A stretch of 63,935 nt of DNA, counting the filler, from Dimargaris cristalligena (Eukaryota): the NCBI GenBank assembly GCA_003614675.1. It is 26 parts of 26 records of this genome, joined end to end, with 100 filler letters (N's around TTAATTAATTAA, not from the genome) between each part and the next. Parts side by side here need not be neighbours in the genome. Positions count along the whole stretch, not along the records: positions 1 to 2,402 come from ML004222.1; positions 2,503 to 4,904 come from ML004223.1; positions 5,005 to 7,395 come from ML004224.1; positions 7,496 to 9,886 come from ML004225.1; positions 9,987 to 12,374 come from ML004226.1; 21 more parts are not named here. The stretch is one strand, 5' to 3'. Of the stretch, positions 1 through 12,474 are shown in pieces. Positions within the stretch are counted from its first letter, which is position 1, and each line of letters starts with the position of its first letter. The notes below the pieces were generated by a model. The model was not told where the DNA came from, made no database searches, and was given only the letters and a program-made list of their open reading frames with translations. Made by a program: the position numbers and the translations under genes.

Positions 1-1310
1 TTTCTTTCAAGGTTTCATAATCATATCCAATAAAGAATCTCAGCTAAAAGGCATGTTATTTGCTACATTACCAAGCATCTTGGTTGATAAAATCCCCTCT
101 GCCTGGTAAATAGCAGATACGTCCCGGGTAGAGGACTATTCTGATCCCCCAGTAATGGACAGATCCCCACTTTGACTTTGCCATAGTTATGTAAAAGCCA
201 ACAACTACTATGGTCATGGATTAGGGCTGATTACCCAAAACCGTGGACACTATCACCAGGCCTGGCCAACAAAAATGCCACCAGAGGGCCTTATATAAGT
301 TGCACCTCTACTGGGTTAGCTATTGAAAAATATTCCCTGTTCCTGACTAGTCATATTAGTTTATTTAGATATTATCTGCTCACTCATTTTAGCCACTTAA
401 AATACGCCCTAGTAACTACACTATTCAAAAAAACTAATTACCCAGAGGCACTTACCACCCTTTAGCTGCTCTCCTCCCTTCTATTCAGTTTTATTGACAC
501 TTCTATAGTATTTCCACTAGTTACTAGGAATGACTGTCCATTAATATACCCCCTTACTATGCTGGAAATTAAGAATCAGCTATGGCCATACCCTCTCTAT
601 GCACCTCTTCCTTGCTGTTGTATAAGCCAGTCTTCAGCCATTTATAACAGGTGATGGCTGGATAGCTGGTATAGGGGGGGGGGGGTTATGCCAGTCTCAC
701 TAAGACTATACAACTTGAATAAGTCAGACCTGCTTAAAGGATTTTACTCTAAATAGTTGGGTCAATTGTTTCTAATATGCCGAATAAACCTGGTTATTCC
801 CTTATATATTGCAACTTCTCCCTTACCACACACATGCATTCACATACTCAGAATATCAGGGTGATCCCTCCTCCCACCATTATACTATGCCATTCATAAA
901 GCCAGCCTTACTCCACAGCCAGGGTATATAAATTTAAAGCAAGGAGTGGTTGACTCCAAGGTTTTATTATCTGTAGTTAAGCAGCGGATTTAAACCAACT
1001 AGTCACTCTGAGTGAAAATCCAGACCTGGTTAAGATTAACCGCCAATTTCCCACTGGGCGATTACACATCAGTTTACCATAAATAGCTAAGCTGGTCTCG
1101 TGCTCTTGGGTCTGTAGAGCCTCCGCAAGGCCATACGTCACCCGCCTTTTCTTTCGCTATAAACCCCGCTCCATTTTCTACTTCATAGCTATTTCTCCCG
1201 TTTGAATAGCTTGTCCACTTCTTCTTACCTACTTTTCTCTATTTCTTCATTCACCCAGTCTTTCAGTCCCCCAATTCCCAACCTCCTCCAAGCACTCCAC
1301 CAGCACTCTC

Positions 1311-1868
1311 ATGTCGCAAACCCGTTTCACTTGTTGCCGTTCGGCTGTTCTTGTCCACCGGCTCGCCCTGGCCAACGCTCTCCTATTCGTGGTCGACCCC
1401 ATCGTCAGCTTGCTCCTCTTATCGTTGTCCGGTTCCACTCTGGTCCTCATCGGTGGCCTTCTTACCTTCGCGGTGATCCTAGCGGCTTTTGTTGGCCTCC
1501 GGCGTAACAACTCCTTACTGTTGCGCCCACTGGTTGTACTGCTTTTGGTCAACTCGTATGCCACGTTCTTGGCCTTTCTCGCGGCCGTATTCCTGGCTAC
1601 CCAGACTAGGGCCCAATTGTCTATCTGCAGGGCTGTAACCGAGAGCGAGGTGCTGCTTTTCCCCTCGGACGTTTGCATGACTCAGTTTTGGAAGGTGGCC
1701 TTCTTATTCCTTACTACGCTGGGAATGGTCACTGCATTTAAACTTTACTCAACCTCTCTCCTTTTAACCGTTTATCGCCAACTTCGCGATGGTCAAGCTG
1801 GAGCTCCTAACGATAGCCGCGAGGCGTACGCTGCTGTTGCCATGAAAGAAGATATTGAAAAGGTGTAA
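1311..1868 (+). CDS. Four-transmembrane (tetraspanin/LAPTM-like) membrane protein, 185 aa, intronless
   Basis: Complete ORF with four hydrophobic segments, an N-terminal CC, a Cys pair in the loop between TM3 and TM4 and a charged C-tail. TATAAA near 1158. CpG retained. Confidence 0.7.
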   Translation: MSQTRFTCCRSAVLVHRLALANALLFVVDPIVSLLLLSLSGSTLVLIGGLLTFAVILAAFVGLRRNNSLLLRPLVVLLLVNSYATFLAFLAAVFLATQTRAQLSICRAVTESEVLLFPSDVCMTQFWKVAFLFLTTLGMVTAFKLYSTSLLLTVYRQLRDGQAGAPNDSREAYAAVAMKEDIEKV

Positions 1869-2402
1869 CGCTGCATCCCCCCTTTTTCGGTCCCAACTAA
1901 AGCTCTGATCTTGTTATTCATGGACATTCTTCGAGAACCCGTTAATGGAGGCCATTATTACTTCTATAAGATGGGCACTCCTTGGGTTGAAATGGTTTAG
2001 CACAATAAACTGGTTTAACGACTTACTTCAATAGTACAATTACTAGAGACTATATAGTTGGTCCTAATGACCCGAAATTGATTGGGGTTTTTAGGGCGGA
2101 GTCATAAACCGTACAGTTATCCTAGCCTGTTTCTCTCCAGAGATTAATTGAACTACACAGAGGTAGGATTACCCGTCCTAATGTGAAGTGGCAATAGACA
2201 AGGAGCGTAAGGTAGCAGAAGAAAGTGCACAGCAGTTGGGGAGGAATGCCAGTTCCCCCCATATTTAAAAGGGATGGCTGAGGTAGGCAGGTGGCAGTTG
2301 TACACGCACACCCATGGCTTTCTCTATCATCCGACTTTGACAGCAATAGCCCAACAGGCTGAGCTATATGCTCTAATAATCAGGCCTTTTCGGGCGAATG
2401 CA

Positions 2403-2502
2403 NNNNNNNNNNNNNNNNNNNNNNNNNNNNNNNNNNNNNNNNNNNNTTAATTAATTAANNNNNNNNNNNNNNNNNNNNNNNNNNNNNNNNNNNNNNNNNN
2501 NN
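2403..2502. other. Artificial contig linker (N44-TTAATTAATTAA-N44); first of 25 identical linkers (others start at 4905, 7396, 9887, 12375, 14862, 17348, 19833, 22317, 24801, 27281, 29650, 32129, 34607, 37085, 39560, 42034, 44504, 46971, 49438, 51899, 54249, 56708, 59167, 61626)
   Basis: Identical 100-bp spacer about every 2.4 kb. TTAATTAATTAA puts stops in all six frames. Contig lengths fall nearly monotonically from 2402 to 2359. Confidence 0.99.
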
Positions 2503-2616
2503 GGGCTATCAATGATGTTTGGCCTGGTTAGGGCCGGGGGGTACAATATGGCGCTATACAGCCTGATATGATGGCGGTCATATCGGTTGGATTAGGACGG
2601 ATTAGGAGGGGCGACA
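2503..2616 (-). repeat. LTR family A, 5' end (TGTCGCCCCTCCTAATCCGTCC...)
   Basis: Matches 9521-, 37015- and 37185-37467; TG terminus. Confidence 0.75.
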
Positions 2617-2984
2617 TATAGTAAACTATGTGTAATAATTAATGCTTTTTGATAAGACATTACCATAAATACACAGCATTTTTTTATAAATAGTTGGAAA
2701 TAAGTATAATATATATATGAAAGTAAATGGACCAAATAATACCCTACTGGGAATATCAGCCCACCTAATCCTCTCTAAATATAGTAATACTAATTATCCT
2801 ATCTTATCTTACCTTATTATGCCATATTACCCTTCCCTTGCTATATAATCTACTATAACTGGGTCCTAATGCTTCTCATAAAACACTCCACCAGCTGATC
2901 CAACATTCCTCCTTCTCTTGTAGAGTCTTCTGGACACAAGCCCCTCAATTGAGACCCTGACCCTCATCTCTCTTTAGTTATCCC

Positions 2985-3300
2985 ATTGCCCCTGGGACCT
3001 CTTGTCATGAGCAGTCCCTGCATATAAATAACTGGGCCCCTCTGTGACTGGTTCAGTTTTTCAGCTTATTCTTACCCCCTTAGTTTACTTAATAAAACTT
3101 TCTATATACTCAACCACCCTCATACTGACCAGTAAGTATGCACCACTGCATATCCCTTACATAGTTCTTGTACTTGCCTTTATTTAGTTAGTGCCAACTC
3201 TTCCCTAATACTAGTAGCCCAATTGACCAAGTCTAAGCCCCACCTACCATTAGATGCCTACCCCTGGGACTCTTGATGGATTAAGAGGGGATAACCCATG
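2985..3300 (+). repeat. LTR family A, degenerate 3' half
   Basis: Shares GGGACCTC...ATATA..ACTGGGCCCC...CTAAGCCCCACCTAC...GGACTCTTGA with the other copies. Confidence 0.65.
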
Positions 3301-5004
3301 TGAAATAACCCATTAATAAAAGAGACCAATTTTATGTGAATGTCTCCAGGAAAATGAGTTCCTGACCCAAGTATATTTTCTAGTATTTCCAGAAGCCATT
3401 TTGAGTATTTTTTCTGAGTACTTACTAGAGTTATCCCAGTTTACTGAGTTATTATCAAGCTATTAAGTTATTTGAGTTTCCTGAGTTCTATTAGTATTTT
3501 CCAAGCTTATTAGTGTTTACCCAAGTTTACTGGCATTTATCTGAGTCTTATTAATGTTTTTAGTGCCTTCCCAAACATATTTACTATTCTATATCACATC
3601 TATCCTCATCCTATTGGTGACAGGAATCCCTTTTGCCCTCTGTGCCCATGTCCCTCCCAAGCTCCCTACAAAGACCCTGTACTCCCACTGCCCTACAGGC
3701 TATATACACATCAGCAAAGGTTAAGTAAGACAAACAATACACATATTATGTATATACTCTCTCTCTCTAGGAATTTATTACCCTGGAGTGCTATAGAAGC
3801 ACATTGTATAGATGCATCATGGGAAGGCCCTCACACTTTGTATTCTGTGAAATAAAAGTATAGTAGATATTAGCAGTAACCCTTGGGTGGGTGCTGGTTT
3901 TGGAATCCAATAGAAGCAGGTGGTCATGAAACCATATATATAATTGTAGCATTCTCAAGTCCATATTTTAACCAACAGTGCTAAGGTAGGACAGCCATGG
4001 ATCAAACTACCTCTCTTTAAATAGTGGTATGTATGGCTTATGTGTAGAGTGAGTCAGGTTTTCATAAATGGTTCCTTAGTAATCAGATGGATAGAGTAAC
4101 AATAGGGGTATATACCAATGGTCAAGTTCCCACTTTCAATGGATTTTGTTATTAGGTACATGGTTTTTGAGAAACTGCCAACCAAAAAATTAATGGCATA
4201 CATTATTCCCAACCATTGGCATTCAATGGGGAATCACCTTCACCATGGATATATTGTAGTTTTAAACCCTTCCCAACAGAAAACCATAGGCAATCCCTCA
4301 CTGAATTGAGGGGTTATTTTAATTGCTTTCTGTTAACGGGTTTACATTCTGTGAGCTACAGTTCGGCCAGTTTCGTAAGTATTGTACACCTGTCGATGGG
4401 ACATATCTTCTTGTCCATACAACTGTATTTCATATATAAAATGTCAATTTTCATCCATGCTTTGGTAAATTTACATGCTGTATACGCATTGCTACAACGT
4501 TCCGGGGGGGATACCTACCAACCTTGTTAGTTTAACCCTTCGCAATTCCTCAAACGGCTGGCCCACTCGAGCCCACCATTTTCTGAGCCAAAGAATCTAC
4601 TTTCTATTGAGTCCCTATATCAGTGGGGGGGGGTTGAAGGGATGCTTGCTCCTGCTGTTTGGTCCTTGTTCTGAAAATGGTAGTAGACTGATTCATCGAA
4701 CTGTGCTGCTGCCGTGGCGTATGCACAATTCATGCAACCACACTGCCATTATTATTTTTAAATTCAGTACCTCACTTGTATTAAGTGCTCCTATTTCATC
4801 TAATTGAAATGTGTTTGTCGTAATCGACTGAGTTCGGGTAGACAATTCACCAGTTGGTATTTTGTTCGATTGCCAAAAATGGCCAACACTGGTGAGCCTC
4901 CAAGNNNNNNNNNNNNNNNNNNNNNNNNNNNNNNNNNNNNNNNNNNNNTTAATTAATTAANNNNNNNNNNNNNNNNNNNNNNNNNNNNNNNNNNNNNNNN
5001 NNNN

Positions 5005-6419
5005 TTGTTTGAAATACAAACTTCACAATTAAAATAATCAGAAAGAGAATTTTGGTCAACATTTATGATGCCATTTTTAGCAGCCTGCTTGAGGGTATCG
5101 AAATTAATATGGCCAAGAGAATAATGGACCTCCAAAAGGGAAGGAGGTTTAGGAATTTCAATAGCTAAATTTGCCATTGAAGTATGAGGATATTTAACTG
5201 AAAAAGGGTATGAAGAGTGTATTTTGTTGACTTGGAGAAGGGGAGTATTCCCCTCTTGAATGGTACAACGGCCTTGATGGAAGGTGAATTTAATTCCCCT
5301 CTCATCACTGGCTGGTACAGAAAGTAGATTATAACCCAAAGTGGGGCAGTGGCCCACATTATATAGGGTTAATCAGCGAGTATTATTGGATGGATCTAGG
5401 ATGTCAAGCTTGACTGTCCCATAACCCAAGATTGATAACTCTTTTCCATCTGCCAATATTAAATGGCGAGTTTCTTGTACATAATTATCAAATAAAGTAC
5501 GATCAGGGCAATAGTGGTAGGATGCACCCGAGTCAATAAACCAAGTTGACTTCGGATATTTGCCATCCTTCACTTTGAGTGCATGTTCAGGAATTTTAAG
5601 TACTAGCTGGGCTTGTTCAGCCTGGCTTTCCTTTTTCCCTTTATGCAGGGGGTTTCGAAAACATTCATCAGTGGAGTGTCCACTAGTTTTATGAATAGCA
5701 CAGTATGAGGTATCACCCTCTTTTTGTGTGTTTTTAACCCCCTTACTCTTACCCTTCTTACCTTTAAACTTGCCCGGGTTAGTTTTTACAGTCATGGCGG
5801 ACTCGAACATTGTTTTCGGTGTCGCCTCCCGATTGGCCAGGAATTGTTCTGCCTCGATAAATGATTGAACTACACTGTCGAAAACAAAAGAGTCCAGGTC
5901 CCGGGTATGCCATTGGCTGACTGTCAAGTGGAATCTTTCATCCACTGCCTGTAGAAATAGGAGAGTCAGTTGTTAGTCACTCGTAAGGTCGTATTTCTTG
6001 AGTTCCGCATCGAGAGATTGAATCTTCATGGCCAGTTGATGGATGGATTGGTTTCCCTGATGGATTCGATATAACTCAGAGTATAGAGTTAGGACTTTGG
6101 CCGTAGGTGGTTTGGCGAAGCGATTCACCATTGTTTTCCAGATTTCTTTGGCCGTCAGTTTGCCATCGAGGGAGTCCGCATACTGGTCATTCATGGATGC
6201 ATGGAGCATAAATGAAGCCATTTAATCATCCTTCAGGTACTGCTTGTTTAAGGCTTTCCCTTTAGGATCATCAGTGGTGGTTGGCTTGTAACCATCTTCT
6301 ACAATCTCCCAAAGATCAGATGATTGCAGGTATAGGTGCATAGATAGGGCCCAAGCAGTATAGTTATCACCATCAAACTGACGGGGTTGGATGTTAAGTT
6401 TAGAAAGTTTAGAACTCAT
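5005..6419 (-). pseudogene. Ty1/copia gag-pol relic (gag, Zn knuckle, aspartic protease, GAG-pre-integrase)
   Basis: FDGDNYTAWALSM (copia gag N-terminus), CAIHKTSGHSTDEC knuckle, WFIDSGASYH protease and HYSLGHINF...CEVC integrase Zn region. In-frame TAA stops at 6222 and 5973; frame break near 5373. Confidence 0.92.
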
Positions 6420-6599
6420 TGTAAGAGTAGGTTATAAGGTCGATTGATACTTGAAAGGGATGGATGGATGAATGGATGGATAGTTAGATAAATGAATTTC
6501 AAAATGAAATGTAGATAGATGAGTATCCAGTTTGGTAGATGGATAGTAAATGAATATTGTGATTGAGGTATAAACGATTAGTTTATTTGAAATACACCA

Positions 6600-6611
6600 G
6601 GGCTCATAACC
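6600..6611 (-). promoter_or_regulatory. Primer binding site GGTTATGAGCCC (internal tRNA-iMet fragment type)
   Basis: Directly follows the LTR's CA end on the minus strand; the motif used by copia/Ty5-type (Hemivirus) elements. Confidence 0.85.
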
Positions 6612-6871
6612 TGTTGGAAATATAAGTTTGATGGTAAACGCAAGTGTCTTCAGATACAACTAAAACAATTCAAAGAAGAGAGAAAGAACCGCAAGGGGCA
6701 AAGCTAGATGCCCACGGTTGGTTTTATTGAATTGAATAATAGCAGTAATAACGATTAGGATGAAGTTCCGGTTATAGGATGATATAGTAACGGCTATAGT
6801 AAAGTCCCAAGTATAGGACGAGCCAATCACAGAGATGGAATCAGTGGGACGGGGGAAATGAATTTCCAACA
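6612..6871 (-). mobile_element. 5' LTR of the copia element (260 bp)
   Basis: TGTTGGAAAT...ATTTCCAACA perfect 10-bp inverted termini, adjacent to the PBS and gag. Confidence 0.9.
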
Positions 6872-9520
6872 ATTAGGGCCACTTACTAGTCTGAGCCACA
6901 ATGCAATTTTTCTGCTTGCTAATGGGCCAGTCAATTGGCAGCCTGGCTGAGTTGTGCATGGGTGTTTCATTGGTCACAACAAATGAGGGCCATGTGGTAG
7001 GGTGCATGCTCACATTGCAGTTTAAATAAATTATGAGCCAGGACTCGGGGGCTACCATGTGGGCCTGTGGTCCAACTCCCCAATAGTTGTGCAAATACAG
7101 ATGCAGGGAGGATCAGGATACTGTCAAATTAGGCCACTGGAACCTGTTGACAGAAATGATAACAAGGTGGGCATAAAATAACTAGTGAATACATTAATGG
7201 ACTGGGTGCAAAGATTGAGTGAATGGTAGATGAATCAGGATTGAAGTCAATTCCCTTGGGTATGGGCAATAACTGTGAGTGAGAAGTCCATAAGATCCCT
7301 GGAGCTGGCATGTTCTGAAAAGTGGACACTCTTCAGCAAGCCTGCTCCCACAATGATAGTCTGTAGACTGATAGTGGTGAAAGCCATGAACCTGANNNNN
7401 NNNNNNNNNNNNNNNNNNNNNNNNNNNNNNNNNNNNNNNTTAATTAATTAANNNNNNNNNNNNNNNNNNNNNNNNNNNNNNNNNNNNNNNNNNNNTTACT
7501 GGGTGGGAAAAGATGAAGACTGATATTTGGTGATGTTCTTCATCTTTTCCTAAACTAAAAATAGTTTGGCCGGGATATGCTATTAGAGATTAAGCAGGCC
7601 CAGCCACAACACTACCATACTATTATTATACCCATAGGTCAAAATGAAGATGTTCACTGATTGATGCAGAGTGTGTTTACAGTTATTAACACCAGATTAA
7701 ATGAGACTAATTGAAAGTACAGCCAGTCTACAATAATCTGAATATACCATCCAGACTAACGTGCATAGGCTTATTCAGTGATTAAATTGTTAGTGCAGCC
7801 TTTTCAGTAAGCCAGTTATATTATTTACATTGAAACAAACAAAGGCATATGTCCACAGCCTCCCCGCCATTATTCACACCTCCATGGTGGCATTATGATA
7901 GGTGTATGTAATAATTCAGCCCAGTTGCCTTGTTACCGACCTTTATCCTAGACTTAATTCTAAATAAACACACATCAGAATATAGATGAGGTTTATTGAG
8001 TGAACTGAAAACATCATTATAAAAAGGGCGCTACATCCAGTAAAATACTAAAAACGAAATCTACAAAACTATAAGAAAAACATTTATTAATCAATAATAA
8101 TACATTTAACCTGCACTTTGGCAGGCACCTCCCAGCTTTGATTTAGCTGGAGGCTGGTTGATTTGCTTGACCCCGGTCGGCACCTGTGAGCTCAGCCCGG
8201 GGGTCGTGGACTATGTAATCCCTCAAAATAAATGAGGGATACTGCAAGTCACCCTGTTGGGGGTGACTAAGTAGAATAATTCCCTGCATTGGTGCAGGTG
8301 AAGGCCTGAATATGGCCATTGGGCAAGGGAGGGAGGGGGCCAAGTAATGAAGAGAGAAAAAGAGGGAGGGGAATAGATCACCGTGTAGATAGATGCTTTA
8401 AGAGAATGCTGGTAAGGGTTTTGGAAATGCATACCTAGCATGTAGAACAAAAAGTAATGACTACCAAGGATGGGATATATGCTGTGTTTATATAGGCAAG
8501 GTTCAACCAGGCAGCGATGTGAAAAGTCTATTAGATAGGGTTAAGACCACTGGTAAAAAATAATAATAGATATCCCACCTATTGTTCCATACACGTAATA
8601 CTTACAACTTTTTACCGCTGGGTCACATTTCACCTACATAAATTACTACCAGAATATTTACCGACCAGATACCATGCAAGTACCTAGCAATCTCTTCATA
8701 GTGGGGTTCAATCATTCGGCTACTCCAAAAAAAATAATGGGGAGACAATGCCTTAATCAGGCGGTGTATATTAGGAACCAGCCATGGAACGGCAACCAAG
8801 CCTCAGTATTCCCTTTGTTGCCATACTTGAATAGCTTCATGAACATGTTTAACTGACGAATCTGTATTACAATAGCTATTATACTATGGGTAGGCGCTAT
8901 TATCTGGTTTACTGGTATGAGCTATTTTAACCTGCGGCACCTAATCTTGGGATATAGGGTTATGACCAAGGCTTTTGGTAGGGGGCTTCTCTGAAAAAAA
9001 AAATAGGACTGTCTTGACAACAATGCTACAACGTTCCCTGAACTTCCAGGTCTGGTTTCACCCGAGGATGATTAGACTGGCCATTCCAGTTAGACTCCTT
9101 ATTGTATCCCGCTGGAGACCTTATTTAGGGAAGATGAATCCACCTGTCAGTCATTGTAATACATTGCCGATGCCTCCCATTAAACCCCACCGGACCTGCT
9201 TAACCACCGAGCAAATGGTCACAGTCTAATCGTAACATAGCCGTAGCCATGGTCAAATGCTGCGCCCCTAATGAGAAGCACCAAGCTTCCTGTCCTTTGG
9301 TAATGGATAAAAACAATAGACAGGCCGGGAATTACTGATGACCATTCAAGTTTCCATTAGGATAAGCCATGTAAATTGAAGCCCGTTTTCATTTATATAT
9401 TACTGTTGTACTTTGGTGGCAGTGTCCCTGGTGATTGGGGATGGAAATTACAGTTCTGGATGGTTTATAGTTGGGTAGTTGTACTATACTTTCATAAAAT
9501 TAGTATAACAAGTTGGTGGT

Positions 9521-9830
9521 TGTCACCCTCCCTAATCCGTCCTAATCCATCCCGCTATGATTGTTGTCATAGGAGGCCGTATAGTGCCATATTGGATCCC
9601 GGCCCTAATGAGGCAGGGCATCATACATATCCCCTTACTGGCCGGACCCCCCGGAGTTTGCACTAATCACTCCTAGGTAATCTTAGTGTCTTCCAATTCC
9701 CATGGAAGCCTCCGCTTACATGAGGACCACCCGGCCCTCCTTATTGTTAACCTTACTATGTAGTTTCCCCTCGGGACCTCCCCTTGGAGTAGTCCCCCAC
9801 ATATATATAGCCAGGCCCCCATTGGGACCA
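9521..9830 (+). repeat. LTR family A, 5' half, interrupted by family C
   Basis: Starts TGTCACCC; near-identical to the reverse complement of 37185-37467. Confidence 0.75.
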
Positions 9831-9831
9831 G

Positions 9832-9886
9832 TGTGGCAAGGTGGAGTGTCCCCTTGATTGCCACAGGTATGAAGTATTACTATTTG
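9832..9886 (+). repeat. Repeat family C terminus (TGTGGCAAGG...), probable LTR end
   Basis: Reverse-complement match at 34739-34793; contains TGTGGCAA...TTGCCACA. Confidence 0.65.
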
Positions 9887-9986
9887 NNNNNNNNNNNNNN
9901 NNNNNNNNNNNNNNNNNNNNNNNNNNNNNNTTAATTAATTAANNNNNNNNNNNNNNNNNNNNNNNNNNNNNNNNNNNNNNNNNNNN

Positions 9987-10425
9987 AAGGTGGTAATATC
10001 AGTGACTGCAGGGAACAGGGTGTTCATCATGAACTGGATGCACTGGTTAAGTTCTTGCAGGTCTTTGGTGGTGAGTCTCTTGGGTGCTTTGGTAGCTACT
10101 TGGTGTTCTTGAAGCTGGTTAGGCTGACATCCAAAGAAGACCAGAAAAGGTGTCATCTTGTACCTATTGGTGACCTTGGTGTTGATACAGTACTGGACAA
10201 AAGGTAGAACAAGGTCCCATTGGTACTTGGTTCCATAAATGAGTTTGACCATGATACTCTTGGCAGTCTGGACAGTTCTCTTGGCAGTACCATTAGCTTG
10301 GGGATGGTAAGGGGTGATTAATCGGTGGTCAATGGTGGCAGACTTGGTGAACTCAGTGATAAGCTTATTGACAAACTTGGTGCCATTGTCAGACTGGATG
10401 ATCTTGGGGAAGCCAACTAGGAGAA
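9987..10425 (-). pseudogene. Ty3/gypsy integrase core (rve) fragment
   Basis: VGFPKIIQSDNGTKFVNKLI...HRLITPYHPQANGTAKRTVQTAK...WDLVLPFVQYCIN...TPFLVFFGCQP. The usual DNGxEF, AERT and FGR motifs read DNGTKF, AKRT and FGC. Confidence 0.9.
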
Positions 10426-10432
10426 AAATAAA

Positions 10433-10651
10433 TTGAAGAATATGTTCCTACATGTTCTTTATTCTATCCTATTTATACCCAATTATGTTAGTTTATTCTG
10501 CTATCATGAGATCATTCATGTTAGCCACTTATATTTCACCTCACAGAAATTACAGTTCAATAAAACTAACCACCTAGAGGTACCTACTGTCCTCTAGCTG
10601 ATTTCTTCCCTTACTTCCAGTTTTATTTCCATTACGTTCTTAGTATTCCAA
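10433..10651 (+). repeat. Probable solo LTR, copia-like (~220 bp)
   Basis: Close copy at 20650-20872; both end ATTCCAATA, a TA-mutated form of the copia-type ...TTCCAACA end. Confidence 0.7.
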
Positions 10652-11640
10652 TAGAAACCAGATACTGTTAGCCTCCAGCTGGCTGGTGTAAAGGATACAG
10701 CCAATTTTAATCAATTTGACCAGCTCAATCCGGATTTTAAGCATATAAGATCTGAGCTGAAGAAGGTGAATTCCAAGGCCAGGGTTATTCCAAAATCGAC
10801 CATGACAACTGCCCCTAAAGAGTCTAAACCCTTTAACCCAACAGTCAAGGTAGCCACTAATTCCAGTTTTTATCAGCCTCAACCTGCTTGGGTATACAAT
10901 CCACTCAAAAATTAGCAGCCCACCTCTGAATCTACACAGGCCCCCACTGATGAACGTATGGATACCCCACCAGCCAGTTAATTGGTAAGGGATGAAGACA
11001 AAGCTGAGGCCATTTTCTATGATGCTGAATCTAGATCTAAAGTTGCCCCAGATGCCCTCTTGGTCATGCAAGAGTCTACTACCTCCACTATTTCAAAACC
11101 CTCAACCCAAATTAAACCCTAGTTCTGGTGACATTTCTTTACTAATTCTTCCCCTACCAATGTGGCCACACCATCAGCCCTTAAGCAAACTGAACCTTCC
11201 TATCTATTGAATACTTCTTCTGGGTAGTTGGGCTACTTTGGCCATACCCAGTAGGTAGTGTGAGTTCTCTAGTCAAGCAATTCTTTGAAACCTCTGTAGT
11301 CTTTATACTTGATTATTTGGGGGATAAGTTCATATACTATCACTGTATGCAATTCACTCATCCTTGTCATTATTTTGAAGTTTTATTTTGCTTAATTTTA
11401 GTATAGTTACTTATTGGGCTATTTACACTCCTGGATAATCACCAAGTCTCCATGTAGTTATGTTCTTTACTTTTTTTATTCAACCTGGATTCAATAAGTT
11501 ATAATAAAATGCACATTTAGTTATCCCATCAGTTATAGCTAATCATAAGTGTACTGCTGTGACAAGTCTATAGAACTATGGTAATTCTATCATTTTACTA
11601 ATAAGATATATATTAATTATTACATTTTTTTAATTTAATC

Positions 11641-12127
11641 TGTCAGACCTTTTAATCCAACTTCATCCAGACACTATGCTGTCCATCCCCATTAGGTCTT
11701 ATAGCACCATATTAACCTTCCCATGGTCACCCCCAGTACTATAGGATTACCCTATATCATATAACCCTTCCCCTTCTGGACTCAACCTATTTACAATAAT
11801 CACTCCAGTGCAGATCTGAAGACTCTTCTAGTTACCCTCCGAGTCCTCTAGATACTAGTACCTATGTGGCTAGGCTATTTCCCTATACCCTAGTCTTAAT
11901 AGTATTTCCCCCTCAGGACCTCCCTCTGGAGTTGTCACTATATATATATAACTAGGCCCTATTAGGACCAGTTAGATCCTTAAGCTTATTCTTCCCCTGA
12001 GTTTACCCCAATAAACTCTATATATACTCACTCCCCCTTATACTAACTAGTAATTATACTTACTGTATATCCCTTATATATCCCTACCACTAGGCCTTTA
12101 TTAGTTGGTACTGCACTCCATACCTGA
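11641..12127 (+). repeat. LTR family A variant, interrupted by family E
   Basis: Starts TGTCAGACC; homologous to 12815-13207 and to the reverse complement of 36469-36985. Confidence 0.7.
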
Positions 12128-12374
12128 TGTGGTGAACTTACCATATTTTTTACCTACTTTTATCTTTTATATATTTTTCCCACTTATTGGAAGTACGCCC
12201 CTGACAAGTTAATGAGCCCCTGCCCCTGACCCAACTGCACCCCTGTTCAAAGAATAGCTAACAATAGCTTTCTCCCTTTCTTTTTTTCCCTTCTATTATT
12301 TCACATTGAATTTATTGGTTACCCAAGTATTACCTATCCTTTGTGATGACTAATATGATTGTCTGGGAACTCCC
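12128..12374 (+). repeat. Repeat family E (TGTGGTGAACTTA...), probable LTR
   Basis: Copies at 29750-29913 (-), 32229-32598 (-) and 36986-37014 (+). Confidence 0.7.
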
Positions 12375-12474
12375 NNNNNNNNNNNNNNNNNNNNNNNNNN
12401 NNNNNNNNNNNNNNNNNNTTAATTAATTAANNNNNNNNNNNNNNNNNNNNNNNNNNNNNNNNNNNNNNNNNNNN

